Positions 12,056 to 22,859 of a DNA stretch of 64,000 bases are shown piece by piece (the stretch's first letter is position 1; each line of letters begins with the position of its first letter). Source of the stretch: Rhynchopus sp. YZ270_cl-10 (Eukaryota). The stretch spans positions 1,984,001 to 2,048,000 of the forward strand of contig OZ037837.1 of the NCBI GenBank assembly GCA_964035575.1, written 5' to 3'. A program made the translations under genes and the position numbers. Under the pieces are notes generated by a model. The model made no database searches and had not been told where the DNA came from. It worked only from the letters and a program-made list of their open reading frames with translations.

Positions 12056-12386
12056 TGAACAAGATAAAACAAAAAGCTTGCGTTTCTTTTATCGAACAGA
12101 TTTTATTCTCCGCCCCGTACCCAAAACATACACACCACTGTGAATCAGAAAAAATATTTTCCCTTTTCTTTTTTCTTCCACACACGCTTGTTTTTGTGCT
12201 TCGTTCATTTTTTATTAAAAAAGCTTTGTTTCGAGTGCGAAACGTTTCTCCATGTATTGCACGGGAAACAACATGACAAACAGGTGCAGGGTGGTTCCGT
12301 GCTTACCATAGAACCTGGCACCTTGTGTGTCTCCCAAAAACCACAAAAGCGTTGTGTGTGAAGTTTTGAAGGAAGGAAAAATAAAA
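12056..12386. mobile_element. ~330-bp dispersed element, copy 2, inserted 5 bp upstream of the first WD40 ATG
   Basis: Copies 2-5 read AGCGCTC|ACACAATG. Copy 1 has the element at the bar, with no TSD. Confidence 0.8.
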
Positions 12387-12391
12387 ACACA

Positions 12392-13522
12392 ATGATGGAT
12401 GTGACCTTTGTGCTGGAAGAGTCAGGCGCAACTACGACAGTGGCGGTGCCGTGCGAAACGACTGCAGCAGCGGCAAAGGAGGCTGCGTGCATGCCGCTTG
12501 CTGTCTTGCCTGCGTCTGTCGAGATGCGCATCGGCACTGAGGTGGTGGAGGGGACGTGCCGTCTGCAGGACACTGCGTTTGGTGAAGGGATGCAGGTCGT
12601 GCTTGCCTGCCGCTTTGCTAAGATGAAGTGCCCTGCTGAGTACAGTGCAGAAGGATATTCGAATACCTTGTCGCTGTCGCGTTGTGGAACACTCTGCGTC
12701 TTCACGTACTATGGCGACGGGCCAACTAGAGTTGAGGGGTTTTGCACCGAAACCTTCAACACGGCCTTCGCATTCACGCCGCAAAACGACGCCAAAACAT
12801 ACTGCCCACCCGCCATCTCGCAGTGCAAGACACGCTGCTACCTGCCGTGCACGGATGGCTTGCTCGAGGTTGCGCTTCCAGGAGGGGAGGTGCTCCGCAA
12901 GGTCGACGGCGAATCGAAGTCGGTGTTCGCGTGTGGCAGTGTTGTTGTCTCGCAGGGCAAAGACGACGTCTCTGTGTATGACGAAGACCTGACGTTGCTC
13001 CGCTCTCTCACGCATCAGGGGTGCTGCAACGTGGCGGTGTCGCAGTGCGGTGGGTGGGCGCTCACATCCTCCTCGGACGCTCGTCTGTGGGACGTCAGCA
13101 CAGGTATTGCTGTGGCATGTGTGCCGGCGGTGAGCAGAGTGGACTGGTGCATAGTGGCGCTGTCACGTACTGCCTCCGTCTTTGCTGTGGATTGTGAGTA
13201 CTACGTGCACCTCTTTGACTGGGGTGGCACACTTCTTAGTTCCGAAATGTTCATCGAAAAACCCGACACACAGGAGGGCGGGAATTGGATCGTCTTGGGC
13301 ATGCAGTTCACGCCATGTGGGAAATACCTCCTCGTCAACTTCAGGCCAGATGAACGGGACTACGTAGACTCCCTACACCAGTACGACGTGGCAACAGGAT
13401 CAGAGGTACGTCATTTAGGGTACGCCAGATCGTTTGCAATATCGCCATGTGGTCGTGTCGTGGTGTTGGAAGAGTACGAAGACGATGTGATTGTGACAAA
13501 GTACCTGTACCCCTATGAGTGA
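12392..13522 (+). CDS. Ubiquitin-like + WD40/beta-propeller protein, copy 1 (type A)
   Basis: 376 aa. N-terminal ~75 aa fits the ubiquitin-fold pattern. Blades such as AVSQCGGWALTSSSDARLWDVSTG and MQFTPCGKYLLV. Confidence 0.8.
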   Translation: MMDVTFVLEESGATTTVAVPCETTAAAAKEAACMPLAVLPASVEMRIGTEVVEGTCRLQDTAFGEGMQVVLACRFAKMKCPAEYSAEGYSNTLSLSRCGTLCVFTYYGDGPTRVEGFCTETFNTAFAFTPQNDAKTYCPPAISQCKTRCYLPCTDGLLEVALPGGEVLRKVDGESKSVFACGSVVVSQGKDDVSVYDEDLTLLRSLTHQGCCNVAVSQCGGWALTSSSDARLWDVSTGIAVACVPAVSRVDWCIVALSRTASVFAVDCEYYVHLFDWGGTLLSSEMFIEKPDTQEGGNWIVLGMQFTPCGKYLLVNFRPDERDYVDSLHQYDVATGSEVRHLGYARSFAISPCGRVVVLEEYEDDVIVTKYLYPYE

Positions 13523-14008
13523 TGTTTCTGTGGGGAGCTGTTGTGACGAAGATAAAATGGGTTGGGGGGGGAGCTGATGTATACCATGACATCATGGGTC
13601 ATTCGGAGGTGCCTGTATCAAAAACTATTCTTCTTTTTTATGTTCAGTTACGTTTCTCTTTCACCAAATACCCGAAACAAAGGGGACCAAAATGACTGCA
13701 TTATTCTTGTGCATTTTATTCCGCACACTACTTTGCGAGCGGAAAGTGTACCATGAGTCACTAACCCAACCGTGCTCCGCAACCTCCACCCCTACAGTCG
13801 TGATATAGTGTGTGTCGAAGCGCCAACACATCAAACTACCACATGAATGGAGCGACCCCTGACGAGAACAGATGGGTGCATCCTCAAGCAGAGACGCAGG
13901 CCAGTCTGCTTCGAAAAGACGTTCCTGGACAGTGAGGAACAACACTTTCGACACCTTCACCCATCCACCCACCAGACCGAAGTGCATCCCCCACCCAAAC
14001 ACCACACG

Positions 14009-15110
14009 ATGCACAACAAAGCCCTCGATGTTGGCAAGGTGTACGCAGCCGAGGGCAGCGCCTCCTTCACGTGTTGTGCGGCACCTTTGTACTTGCCGGG
14101 TGCGACGATGGGAGTGTTGTGCTGCTTGAGATGAGCCCGCCACCTGCAGACCCACGGGCCTGCTACGACCTTGCACCAGGCTGGGAGAAGCACGCTCATG
14201 AGGCACGCAAGCTGGGACGTCTCATCCCGAAGACGAGTGTGCAGCTTGGGCGCAAGGCGGTCGCGCATCTTGTGTTGGACGTTGAGCTCATGCGTGTGTT
14301 TGTTGTGTGTGATGGGGTTGTCACGATGTGTGCTGTGGAGCTATCACGGCGGCAGCTTCGCCCTGTGGGTACCGCGCTTGAGGAGAAGAAAGCACCCCTG
14401 AAGGGTGTTGCCAGTGTGTGCTGTGGTGTCGTTGCCGGCAAGCACGTTCTCTTCGCTGCGGTGAAGCGGCGTGTCTGCCTATTCCGCTACACAGCGGAGA
14501 CGCTGTCGCCGCTGGACGAGGTTGAGATCTGCAACAGCGCGCCGCATATTTCTCTTGACTCTCAGGCGCAGGCAGCAGCAGTGCGAGAGCGCAAGCAGGA
14601 AGAAAGGCTGCAGGTAGAAGATGCGCAGTGGCGGTCCGACCACGTCACGACCGTGGCAGCGTCGTCACCATTGCGGTGTGTGGTGCTGCCGATGACGGCG
14701 CCGGTCTTCTTCCCAAACTGCAGAAACAGAAGCGAAAGGTGCTCCGCATGGCTTACACACGCCTCCGCCAGAGGCACGCCACGCCCCTTCCTCTCCAACA
14801 CAGTTGCGCTGCCTTGCGTTAGGCTCACCAGTTTGTATTTGTCCTTTGTGCAGACACACAATGTTGTTTCCTTAAGCGCCATCGACACAACCTGCGCCTG
14901 AGAGTCAAGAGAAATATGCGGCGCGCTGTTGCAGATCTCAACCTCGTCCAGCGGCGACAGCGTCTCCGCTGTGTAGCGGAATAGGCAGACGCGCTGCTTC
15001 ACCGCAGCGAAGAGAACGTGCTTGCCGGCAACGACACCACAGCACACACTGGCACCGCCACTGCGCATCTTCTACCTGCAGCCCTTCTTCCTGCTTGCGC
15101 TCTTCGCAGA
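14009..15110 (+). pseudogene. 5' fragment of the Vps39-like gene with a deletion and an internal inversion
   Basis: Matches 24478-25373. Segment ~14583-15054 is reverse-complemented. Confidence 0.85.
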
Positions 15111-15492
15111 TCCTGTTGTGTTGGTTGTCAGCTTCTTCCCACTGTCTCCTGGCTGATGGTTCCTTGGAACCGCTTGTCAACCCTGTTCTAAAGAGAGTTT
15201 TATTTGTTATGTTCAGTTATGTGTACACAAGAGGTATAATATATTATTCATCTTTCAGGGGTTCGTTATTTTTCTTTGTCTGGCACTCGCTGGTCTCAAA
15301 AGCCTGCCTAACATAGATTTCGATTTGCAGTTGAGATGTCTTCTGTTTCATCAGATGCTCTTACAGACGACTTCCTTTTTGACCCAACCCACTTCTTTTC
15401 TACCCTCCCTTGACCCCCCTTTCTAGCAAACCCATCTGGATCAGGATTTTCGCCCCTTTTTTTTGAGCAAGAGAGAGAGTAGCGCTCACACA

Positions 15493-16623
15493 ATGATGGA
15501 TGTGACCTTTGTGCTGGAAGAGTCAGGCGCAACTACGACAGTGGCGGTGCCGTGCGAAACGACTGCAGCAGCGGCAAAGGAGGCTGCGTGCATGCCGCTT
15601 GCTGTCTTGCCTGCGTCTGTCGAGATGCGCATCGGCACTGAGGTGGTGGAGGGGACGTGCCGTCTGCAGGACACTGCGTTTGGTGAAGGGATGCAGGTCG
15701 TGCTTGCCTGCCGCTTTGCTAAGATGAAGTGCCCTGCTGAGTACAGTGCAGAGGGCGACTGGAAGACCTTGTCGCTGTCGCGTTGTGGAACACTCTGCGT
15801 CTTCACGTACTGTGACGATGGGCCAACGAGAGTTAAGGGGTTTTGCACCGAAACCTTCAACACGGCCTTCGCATTCACGCCAAACGACGCCGAAATACAC
15901 TGCCCGCCTGCCATCTCGCAGTGCAAGACACGCTGCTACCTGCCGTGCACGGATGGCTTGCTCGAGGTTGCGCTTCCAGGAGGGGAGGTGCTCCGCAAGG
16001 TCGACGGCGAATCGAAGTCGGTGTTCGCGTGTGGCAGTGTTGTTGTCTCGCAGGGCAAAGACGGCGTCTCTGTGTATGACGAAGACCTGACGTTGCTCCG
16101 CTCTCTCACGCATCAGGGGTGCTGCAGCGTGGCGGTGTCGCAGTGCGGTGGGTGGGCGCTCACATCCTCCTCGGACGTTCGTCTGTGGGACGTCAACACA
16201 GGTATTGCTGTGGCATGTGTGCCGGCGGTGAGCAGAGTGGACTGGTTCACAGTGGCGCTGTCACGTACTGCCTCCGTCTTTGCTGTGGATTGTGAGTACT
16301 ACCTGAAACTCTTTGACTGGGGTGGCACACTTCTTAGTTCCGAAACGTTCATCTGCAAACCCGACGCACAGGGCGGGTGTTGGATCGTCTTGGACATGCA
16401 GTTCACGCCATGTGGGAAGTACCTCCTCGTCAACTTCAGGCATGATGAACGGGACTACATAGACTCCCTACACCAGTACGACGTGGCGACAGGATCCGAG
16501 GTACGTCATTTAGGGTACAGCACTTCGTTTGCAATATCGCCATGTGGTCGTATCGTGGTGTTGGAAGAAGGGGGTGAAACCGATGGGGTGATTGTGACAA
16601 AGTACCTGTACCCCTATGAGTGA
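15493..16623 (+). CDS. Ubl + WD40 protein, copy 2 (type B)
   Basis: 376 aa from the ATG at 15493; paralog of 12392-13522. Confidence 0.8.
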   Translation: MMDVTFVLEESGATTTVAVPCETTAAAAKEAACMPLAVLPASVEMRIGTEVVEGTCRLQDTAFGEGMQVVLACRFAKMKCPAEYSAEGDWKTLSLSRCGTLCVFTYCDDGPTRVKGFCTETFNTAFAFTPNDAEIHCPPAISQCKTRCYLPCTDGLLEVALPGGEVLRKVDGESKSVFACGSVVVSQGKDGVSVYDEDLTLLRSLTHQGCCSVAVSQCGGWALTSSSDVRLWDVNTGIAVACVPAVSRVDWFTVALSRTASVFAVDCEYYLKLFDWGGTLLSSETFICKPDAQGGCWIVLDMQFTPCGKYLLVNFRHDERDYIDSLHQYDVATGSEVRHLGYSTSFAISPCGRIVVLEEGGETDGVIVTKYLYPYE

Positions 16624-17039
16624 TGTTTCTGTGGGGAGCTGTTGTGACGAAGATAAAATGGGTTGGGGGGGGAGCTGATGTATACCATGACATCATGGGT
16701 CATTCGGAGGTGCCTGTATCAAAAACTATTCTTCTTTTTTATGTTCAGTTACGTTTCTCTTTCACCAAATACCCGAAACAAAGGGGACCAAAATGACTGC
16801 ATTATTCTTGTGCATTTTATTCCGCACACTACTTTGCGAGCGGAACGTGTGCCATGAGTCACTAACCCAACCGTGCTCCGCAACCTCCACCCCTACAGTC
16901 GTGAGATAGTGTGTGTCGAAGCGCCAACGCGCAAAGCGCAAACTACCACACGAATGGAGTAAGGAACAACACTTTCTGCACCTTCACCTATCCACCCACC
17001 CACCGGACTGAAGTGCATCCCCCACCCAAACCCCACACG

Positions 17040-17334
17040 ATGCACAACAAAGCCCTCGACGTTGGCAAGGTGTATGCAGCCGAGGGCAGCGCCTCCTTCA
17101 CGTGTTGTGCGGCTGGCTCCTCTGCAGAGGGCACCTTTGTACTTGCCGGGTGTTATGATGGGAGTGTTGTGCTTGCGGAGCACCTTTCGCTTCTGTTTCT
17201 GCAGTTTGGGAAGAAGACCGGCGCCGTCATCGGCAGCACCACACGTGACGACGCTGCCACGGTCGTGACGTGGTCGGACCGCCACTGCGCATCTTCTACC
17301 TGCAGCCTTTCTTCCTGCTTGCGCTCTTCACAGA
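17040..17334 (+). pseudogene. Short, internally deleted 5' fragment of the Vps39-like gene
   Basis: MHNKAL...GSVVL joined directly to AEHLSLL. Confidence 0.8.
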
Positions 17335-17735
17335 TCCTGTTGTGTTGGTTGTCAGCTTCTTCCCACTGTCTCCTGGCTGATGGTTGCTTGGAACCAATCG
17401 TCGGGTGGCTAGCCGCTTGTCAACCCTGTTCTAAAGAGAGTTTTATTTGTTATGTTCAGTTATGTGTACACAAGAGGTATAATATATTATTCATCTTTCA
17501 GGGGTTCGTTATTTTTCTTTGTCTGGCACTCGCTGGTCTCAAAAGCCTGCCTAACATAGATTTCGATTTGCAGTTGAGATGTCTTCTGTTTCATCAGATG
17601 CTCTTACAGACGACTTCCTTTTTGACCCAACCCACTTCTTTTCTACCCTCCCTTGACCCCCCTTTCTAGCAAACCCATCTGGATCAGGATTTTCGCCCCT
17701 TTTTTTTGAGCAAGAGAGAGAGTAGCGCTCACACA

Positions 17736-18854
17736 ATGATGGATGTGACCTTTGTGCTGGAAGAGTCAGGCGCAACTACGACAGTGGCGGTGCCGTGCGA
17801 AACGACTGCAGCAGCGGCAAAGGAGGCTGCGTGCATGCCGCTTGCTGTCTTGCCTGCGTCTGTCGAGATGCGCATCGGCACTGAGGTGGTGGAGGGGACG
17901 TGCCGTCTGCAGGACACTGCGTTTGGTGAAGGGATGCAGGTCGTGCTTGCCTGCCGCTTTGCTAAGATGAAGTGCCCTGCTGAGTACAGTGCAGAGGGCG
18001 ACTGGAATACCTTGTCGCTGTCGCGTTGTGGAACACTCTGCGTCTTCACGTACTGTGACGATGGGCCAACGAGAGTTAAGGGGTTTTGCACCGAAACCTT
18101 CAACACGGCCTTCGCATTCACGCCAAACGACGCCAAAACACACTGCCCGCCTGCCATCTCGCAGTGCAAGACACGCTGCTACCTGCCGTGCACGGATGGC
18201 TTGCTCGAGGTTGCGCTTCCAGGAGGGGAGGTGCTCCGCAAAGTCGATGGCGAATCGAAGTCGGTGTTCGCGTGTGGCAGTGTTGTTGTCTCGCAGGGCA
18301 AAGACGACGTCTCTGTGTATGACGAAGACCTGACGTTGCTCCGCTCTCTCACGCATCAGGGGTGCGGCAACGTGGCGGTGTCGCAGTGCGGTGGGTGGGC
18401 GCTCACATCCTCCTCGGACGTTCGTCTGTGGGACGTCAGCACAGGTGAAGCTGTGGTATGTGTGCCGAGCAGAGTGGACTGGTGCATAGTGGCGCTGTCA
18501 CGTACTGCCTCCGTCTTTGCTGTGGAGTGTGAGTACTACGTGCACCTCTTTGACTGGGGCGGCACACTTCTTAGTTCCGAAATGTTCATCGAAAAACCCG
18601 ACACACAGGGCGGAAATTGGATCGTCTTGGGCATGCAGTTCACTCCATGTGGGAAGTACCTCCTCGTCAACTTCAGGCATGATGAACGGGACTGCGTAGA
18701 CTCCCTACACCAGTACGACGTGGCAACAGGATCCAAGGTACGTCATTTAGGGTACGCCAGATCGTTTGCAATATCGCCATGTGGTCGTGTCGTGGTGTTG
18801 GAAGAGTACGAAGACGATGTGATTGTGACAAAGTACCTGTACCCCTATGAGTGA
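17736..18854 (+). CDS. Ubl + WD40 protein, copy 3 (type A)
   Basis: 372 aa from the ATG at 17736. Confidence 0.8.
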   Translation: MMDVTFVLEESGATTTVAVPCETTAAAAKEAACMPLAVLPASVEMRIGTEVVEGTCRLQDTAFGEGMQVVLACRFAKMKCPAEYSAEGDWNTLSLSRCGTLCVFTYCDDGPTRVKGFCTETFNTAFAFTPNDAKTHCPPAISQCKTRCYLPCTDGLLEVALPGGEVLRKVDGESKSVFACGSVVVSQGKDDVSVYDEDLTLLRSLTHQGCGNVAVSQCGGWALTSSSDVRLWDVSTGEAVVCVPSRVDWCIVALSRTASVFAVECEYYVHLFDWGGTLLSSEMFIEKPDTQGGNWIVLGMQFTPCGKYLLVNFRHDERDCVDSLHQYDVATGSKVRHLGYARSFAISPCGRVVVLEEYEDDVIVTKYLYPYE

Positions 18855-19340
18855 TGTTTTTGTGGGGAGCTGTTGTGACGAAGATAAAATGGGTTGGGGG
18901 GGGAGCTGATGTATACCATGACATCATGGGTCATTCGGAGGTGCCTGTATCAAAAACTATTCTTCTTTTTTATGTTCAGTTACGTTTCTCTTTCACCAAA
19001 TACCCGAAACAAAGGGGACCAAAATGACTGCATTATTCTTGTGCATTTTATTCCGCACACTACTTTGCGAGCGGAACGTGTGCCATGAGTCACTAACCCA
19101 ACCGTGCTCCGCAACCTCCACCCCTACAGTCGTGATATAGTGTGTGTCGAAGCGCCACCGCATCAAACTACCACATGAATGGAGCGACCCCTGACGAGAA
19201 CAGATGGCTGCATCCTCAAGCAGAGACGCAGGCCAGTCTGCTTCGAAAAGACGTTCCTGCACAGTGAGGAACAACACTTTCGACACCTTCACCCATCCAC
19301 CCACCAGACTGAAGTGCATCCCCCACCCAAACCCCACACG

Positions 19341-20204
19341 ATGCACGACAAAGCCCTCGATGTTGGCAAGGTGTACGCAGCCGATCCTTCACGTGTTGTG
19401 CACCTTTGTACTTGCCGGGTGCGACGATGGGAGTGTTGTGCTGCTTGAGATGAGCCCGCCACCTGCAGACCCACGGGCCTGCTACGACCTTGCACCAGGC
19501 TGGGAGAAGCACGCTCATGAGGCACGCAAGCTGGGACGTCTCATCCCGAAGACGAGTGTGCAGCTTGGGCGCAAGGCGGTCGCGCATCTTGTGTTGGACG
19601 TTGAGCTCATGCGTGTGTTTGTTGTGTGTGATGGGGTTGTCACGATGTGTGCTGTGGAGCTATCACGGCGGCAGCTTCGCCCTGTGGGTACCGCGCTTGA
19701 GGAGAAGAAAGCACCCCTGAAGGGTGTTGCCAGTGTGTGCTGTGGTGTCGTTGCCGGCAAGCACGTTCTCTTCGCTGCGGTGAAGCGGCGTGTCTGCCTA
19801 TTCCGCTACACAGCGGAGACGCTGTCGCCGCTGGACGAGGTTGAGATCTGCAACAGCGCGCCGCATATTTCTCTTGACTCTCAGGCGCAGGTTGTGTCGA
19901 TGGCGCTTAAGGAAACAACATTGTGTGTCTGCACAAAGGACGAATACAAACTGGTGAACCTAACGCAAGGCAGCGCAACTGTGTTGGAGAGGAAGGGACG
20001 TGGCGTGCCTCTGGCGGAGGCGTGTGTAAGCCATGCGGAGCACCTTTCGCTTCTGTTTCTGCAGTTTGGGAAGAAGACCGGCGCCGTCATCGGCAGCACC
20101 ACACACCGCAGTGGCGACGACGCTGCCACGGTCGTGACGTGGTCGGACCCTCCACTGCGCATCTTCTACCTGCAGCCCTTCTTCCTGCTTGCGATCTTCG
20201 CAGA
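19341..20204 (+). pseudogene. Long 5' fragment of the Vps39-like gene, with deletions near the start
   Basis: Matches 24478-25373 apart from small deletions at ~19383-19400. Confidence 0.85.
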
Positions 20205-20606
20205 TCCTGTTGTGTTGGTTGTCAGCTTCTTCCCACTGTCTCCTGGCTGATGGTTCCTTGGAACCAATCGTCGGGTGGCTAGCCGCTTGTCAACCCTGTT
20301 CTAAAGAGAGTTTTATTTGTTATGTTCAGTTATGTGTACACAAGAGGTATAATATATTATTCATCTTTCAGGGGTTCGTTATTTTTCTTTGTCTGGCACT
20401 CGCTGGTCTCAAAAGCCTGCCTAACATAGATTTCGATTTGCAGTTGAGATGTCTTCTGTTTCATCAGATGCTCTTACAGACGACTTCCTTTTTGACCCAA
20501 CCCACTTCTTTTCTACCCTCCCTTGACCCCCCTTTCTAGCAAACCCATCTGGATCAGGATTTTCGCCCCTTTTTTTTTGAGCAAGAGAGAGAGTAGCGCT
20601 CACACA

Positions 20607-21737
20607 ATGATGGATGTGACCTTTGTGCTGGAAGAGTCAGGCGCAACTACGACAGTGGCGGTGCCGTGCGAAACGACTGCAGCAGCGGCAAAGGAGGCTG
20701 CGTGCATGCCGCTTGCTGTCTTGCCTGCGTCTGTCGAGATGCGCATCGGCACTGAGGTGGTGGAGGGGACGTGCCGTCTGCAGGACACTGCATTTGGTGA
20801 AGGAATGCAGGTCGTGCTTGCCTGCCGCTTTGCTAAGATGAAGTGCCCTGCTGAGTACAGTGCAGAGGGCGACTGGAAGACCTTGTCGCTGTCGCGTTGT
20901 GGAACACTCTGCGTCTTCACGTACTGTGACGATGGGCCAACGAGAGTTAAGGGGTTTTGCACCGAAACCTTCAACACGGCCTTCGCATTCACGCCAAACG
21001 ACGCCGAAATACACTGCCCGCCTGCCATCTCGCAGTGCAAGACACGCTGCTACCTGCCGTGCACGGATGGCTTGCTCGAGGTTGCGCTTCCAGGAGGGGA
21101 GGTGCTCCGCAAGGTCGACGGCGAATCGAAGTCGGTGTTCGCGTGTGGCAGTGTTGTTGTCTCGCAGGGCAAAGACGGCGTCTCTGTGTATGACGAAGAC
21201 CTGACGTTGCTCCGCTCTCTCACGCATCAGGGGTGCTGCAGCGTGGCGGTGACGCAGTGCGGTGGGTGGGCGCTCACATCCTCCTCGGACGTTCGTCTGT
21301 GGGACGTCAACACAGGTATTGCTGTGGTATGTGTGCCGGCGGTGAGCAGAGTGGACTGGTTCACAGTGGCGCTGTCACGTACTGCCTCCGTCTTTGCTGT
21401 GGATTGTGAGTACTACGTGCACCTCTTTGACTGGGGTGGCACACTTCTTAGTTCCGAAACGTTCATCTGCAAACCCGACGCACAGGGCGGGTGTTGGATC
21501 GTCTTGGACATGCAGTTCACGCCATGTGGGAAGTACCTCCTCGTCAACTTCAGGCATGATGAACGGGACTACATAGACTCCCTACACCAGTACGACGTGG
21601 CGACAGGATCCGAGGTACGTCATTTAGGGTACAGCACTTCGTTTGCAATATCGCCATGTGGTCGTGTCGTGGTGTTGGAAGAAGGGGCCGAAACCGATGG
21701 GGTGATTGTGACAAAGTACCTGTACCCCTATGAGTGA
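20607..21737 (+). CDS. Ubl + WD40 protein, copy 4 (type B)
   Basis: 376 aa from the ATG at 20607. Confidence 0.8.
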   Translation: MMDVTFVLEESGATTTVAVPCETTAAAAKEAACMPLAVLPASVEMRIGTEVVEGTCRLQDTAFGEGMQVVLACRFAKMKCPAEYSAEGDWKTLSLSRCGTLCVFTYCDDGPTRVKGFCTETFNTAFAFTPNDAEIHCPPAISQCKTRCYLPCTDGLLEVALPGGEVLRKVDGESKSVFACGSVVVSQGKDGVSVYDEDLTLLRSLTHQGCCSVAVTQCGGWALTSSSDVRLWDVNTGIAVVCVPAVSRVDWFTVALSRTASVFAVDCEYYVHLFDWGGTLLSSETFICKPDAQGGCWIVLDMQFTPCGKYLLVNFRHDERDYIDSLHQYDVATGSEVRHLGYSTSFAISPCGRVVVLEEGAETDGVIVTKYLYPYE

Positions 21738-22153
21738 TGTTTTTGTGGGGAGCTGTTGTGACGAAGATAAAATGGGTTGGGGGGGGAGCTGATGTATACC
21801 ATGACATCATGGGTCATTCGGAGGTGCCTGTATCAAAAACTATTCTTCTTTTTTATGTTCAGTTACGTTTCTCTTTCACCAAATACCCGAAACAAAGGGG
21901 ACCAAAATGACTGCATTATTCTTGTGCATTTTATTCTGCACACTACTTTGCGAGCGGAACGTGTGCCATGAGTCACTAACCCAACCGTGCTCCGCAACCT
22001 CCACCCCTACAGTCGTGAGATAGTGTGTGTCGAAGCGCCAACGCGCAAAGCGCAAACTACCACACGAATGGAGTAAGGAACAACACTTTCTACACCTTCA
22101 CCTATCCACCCACCCACCAGACTGAAGTGCATCCCCCACCCAAACCCCACACG

Positions 22154-22457
22154 ATGCACAACAAAGCCCTCGACGTTGGCAAGGTGTATGCAGCCGAGGG
22201 CAGCGCCTCCTTCACGTGTTGTGCGGCTGGCTCCTCTGCAGAGGGCACCTTTGTACTTGCCGGGTGTTATGATGGGAGTGTTGTGCTTGCGGAGCACCTT
22301 TCGCTTCTGTTTCTGCAGTTTGGGAAGAAGACCGGCGCCGTCATCGGCAGCACCACACACCGCAATGGTGACGACGCTGCCACCGTCGTGACGTGGTCGG
22401 ACCGCCACTGCGCATCTTCTACCTGCAGCCTTTCTTCCTGCTTGCGCTCTTCACAGA
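22154..22457 (+). pseudogene. Short, internally deleted 5' fragment of the Vps39-like gene
   Basis: Same large deletion as 17040-17334. Confidence 0.8.
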
Positions 22458-22859
22458 TCCTGTTGTGTTGGTTGTCAGCTTCTTCCCACTGTCTCCTGGC
22501 TGATGGTTGCTTGGAACCAATCGTCGGGTGGCTAGCCGCTTGTCAACCCTGTTCTAAAAAGAGTTTTATTTGTTATGTTCAGTTATGTGTACACAAGAGG
22601 TATAATATATTATTCATCTTTCAGGGGTTCGTTATTTTTCTTTGTCTGGCACTCGCTGGTCTCAAAAGCCTGCCTAACATAGATTTCGATTTGCAGTTGA
22701 GATGTCTTCTGTTTCATCAGATGCTCTTACAGACGACTTCCTTTTTGACCCAACCCACTTCTTTTCTACCCTCCCTTGACCCCCCTTTCTAGCAAACCCA
22801 TCTGGATCAGGATTTTCGCCCCTTTTTTTTTGAGCAAGAGAGAGAGTAGCGCTCACACA

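Noticed and set aside
12055..12388. 330-bp element as a minus-strand GT...AG introner
   Set aside because: Removing it at those boundaries does not regenerate the empty site, and no minus-strand gene hosts it.
16911..17669. Chimeric 252/255-aa ORFs (also 22025-22792)
   Set aside because: A deleted Vps39 fragment reading into spacer DNA; their similarity is explained by recent duplication.
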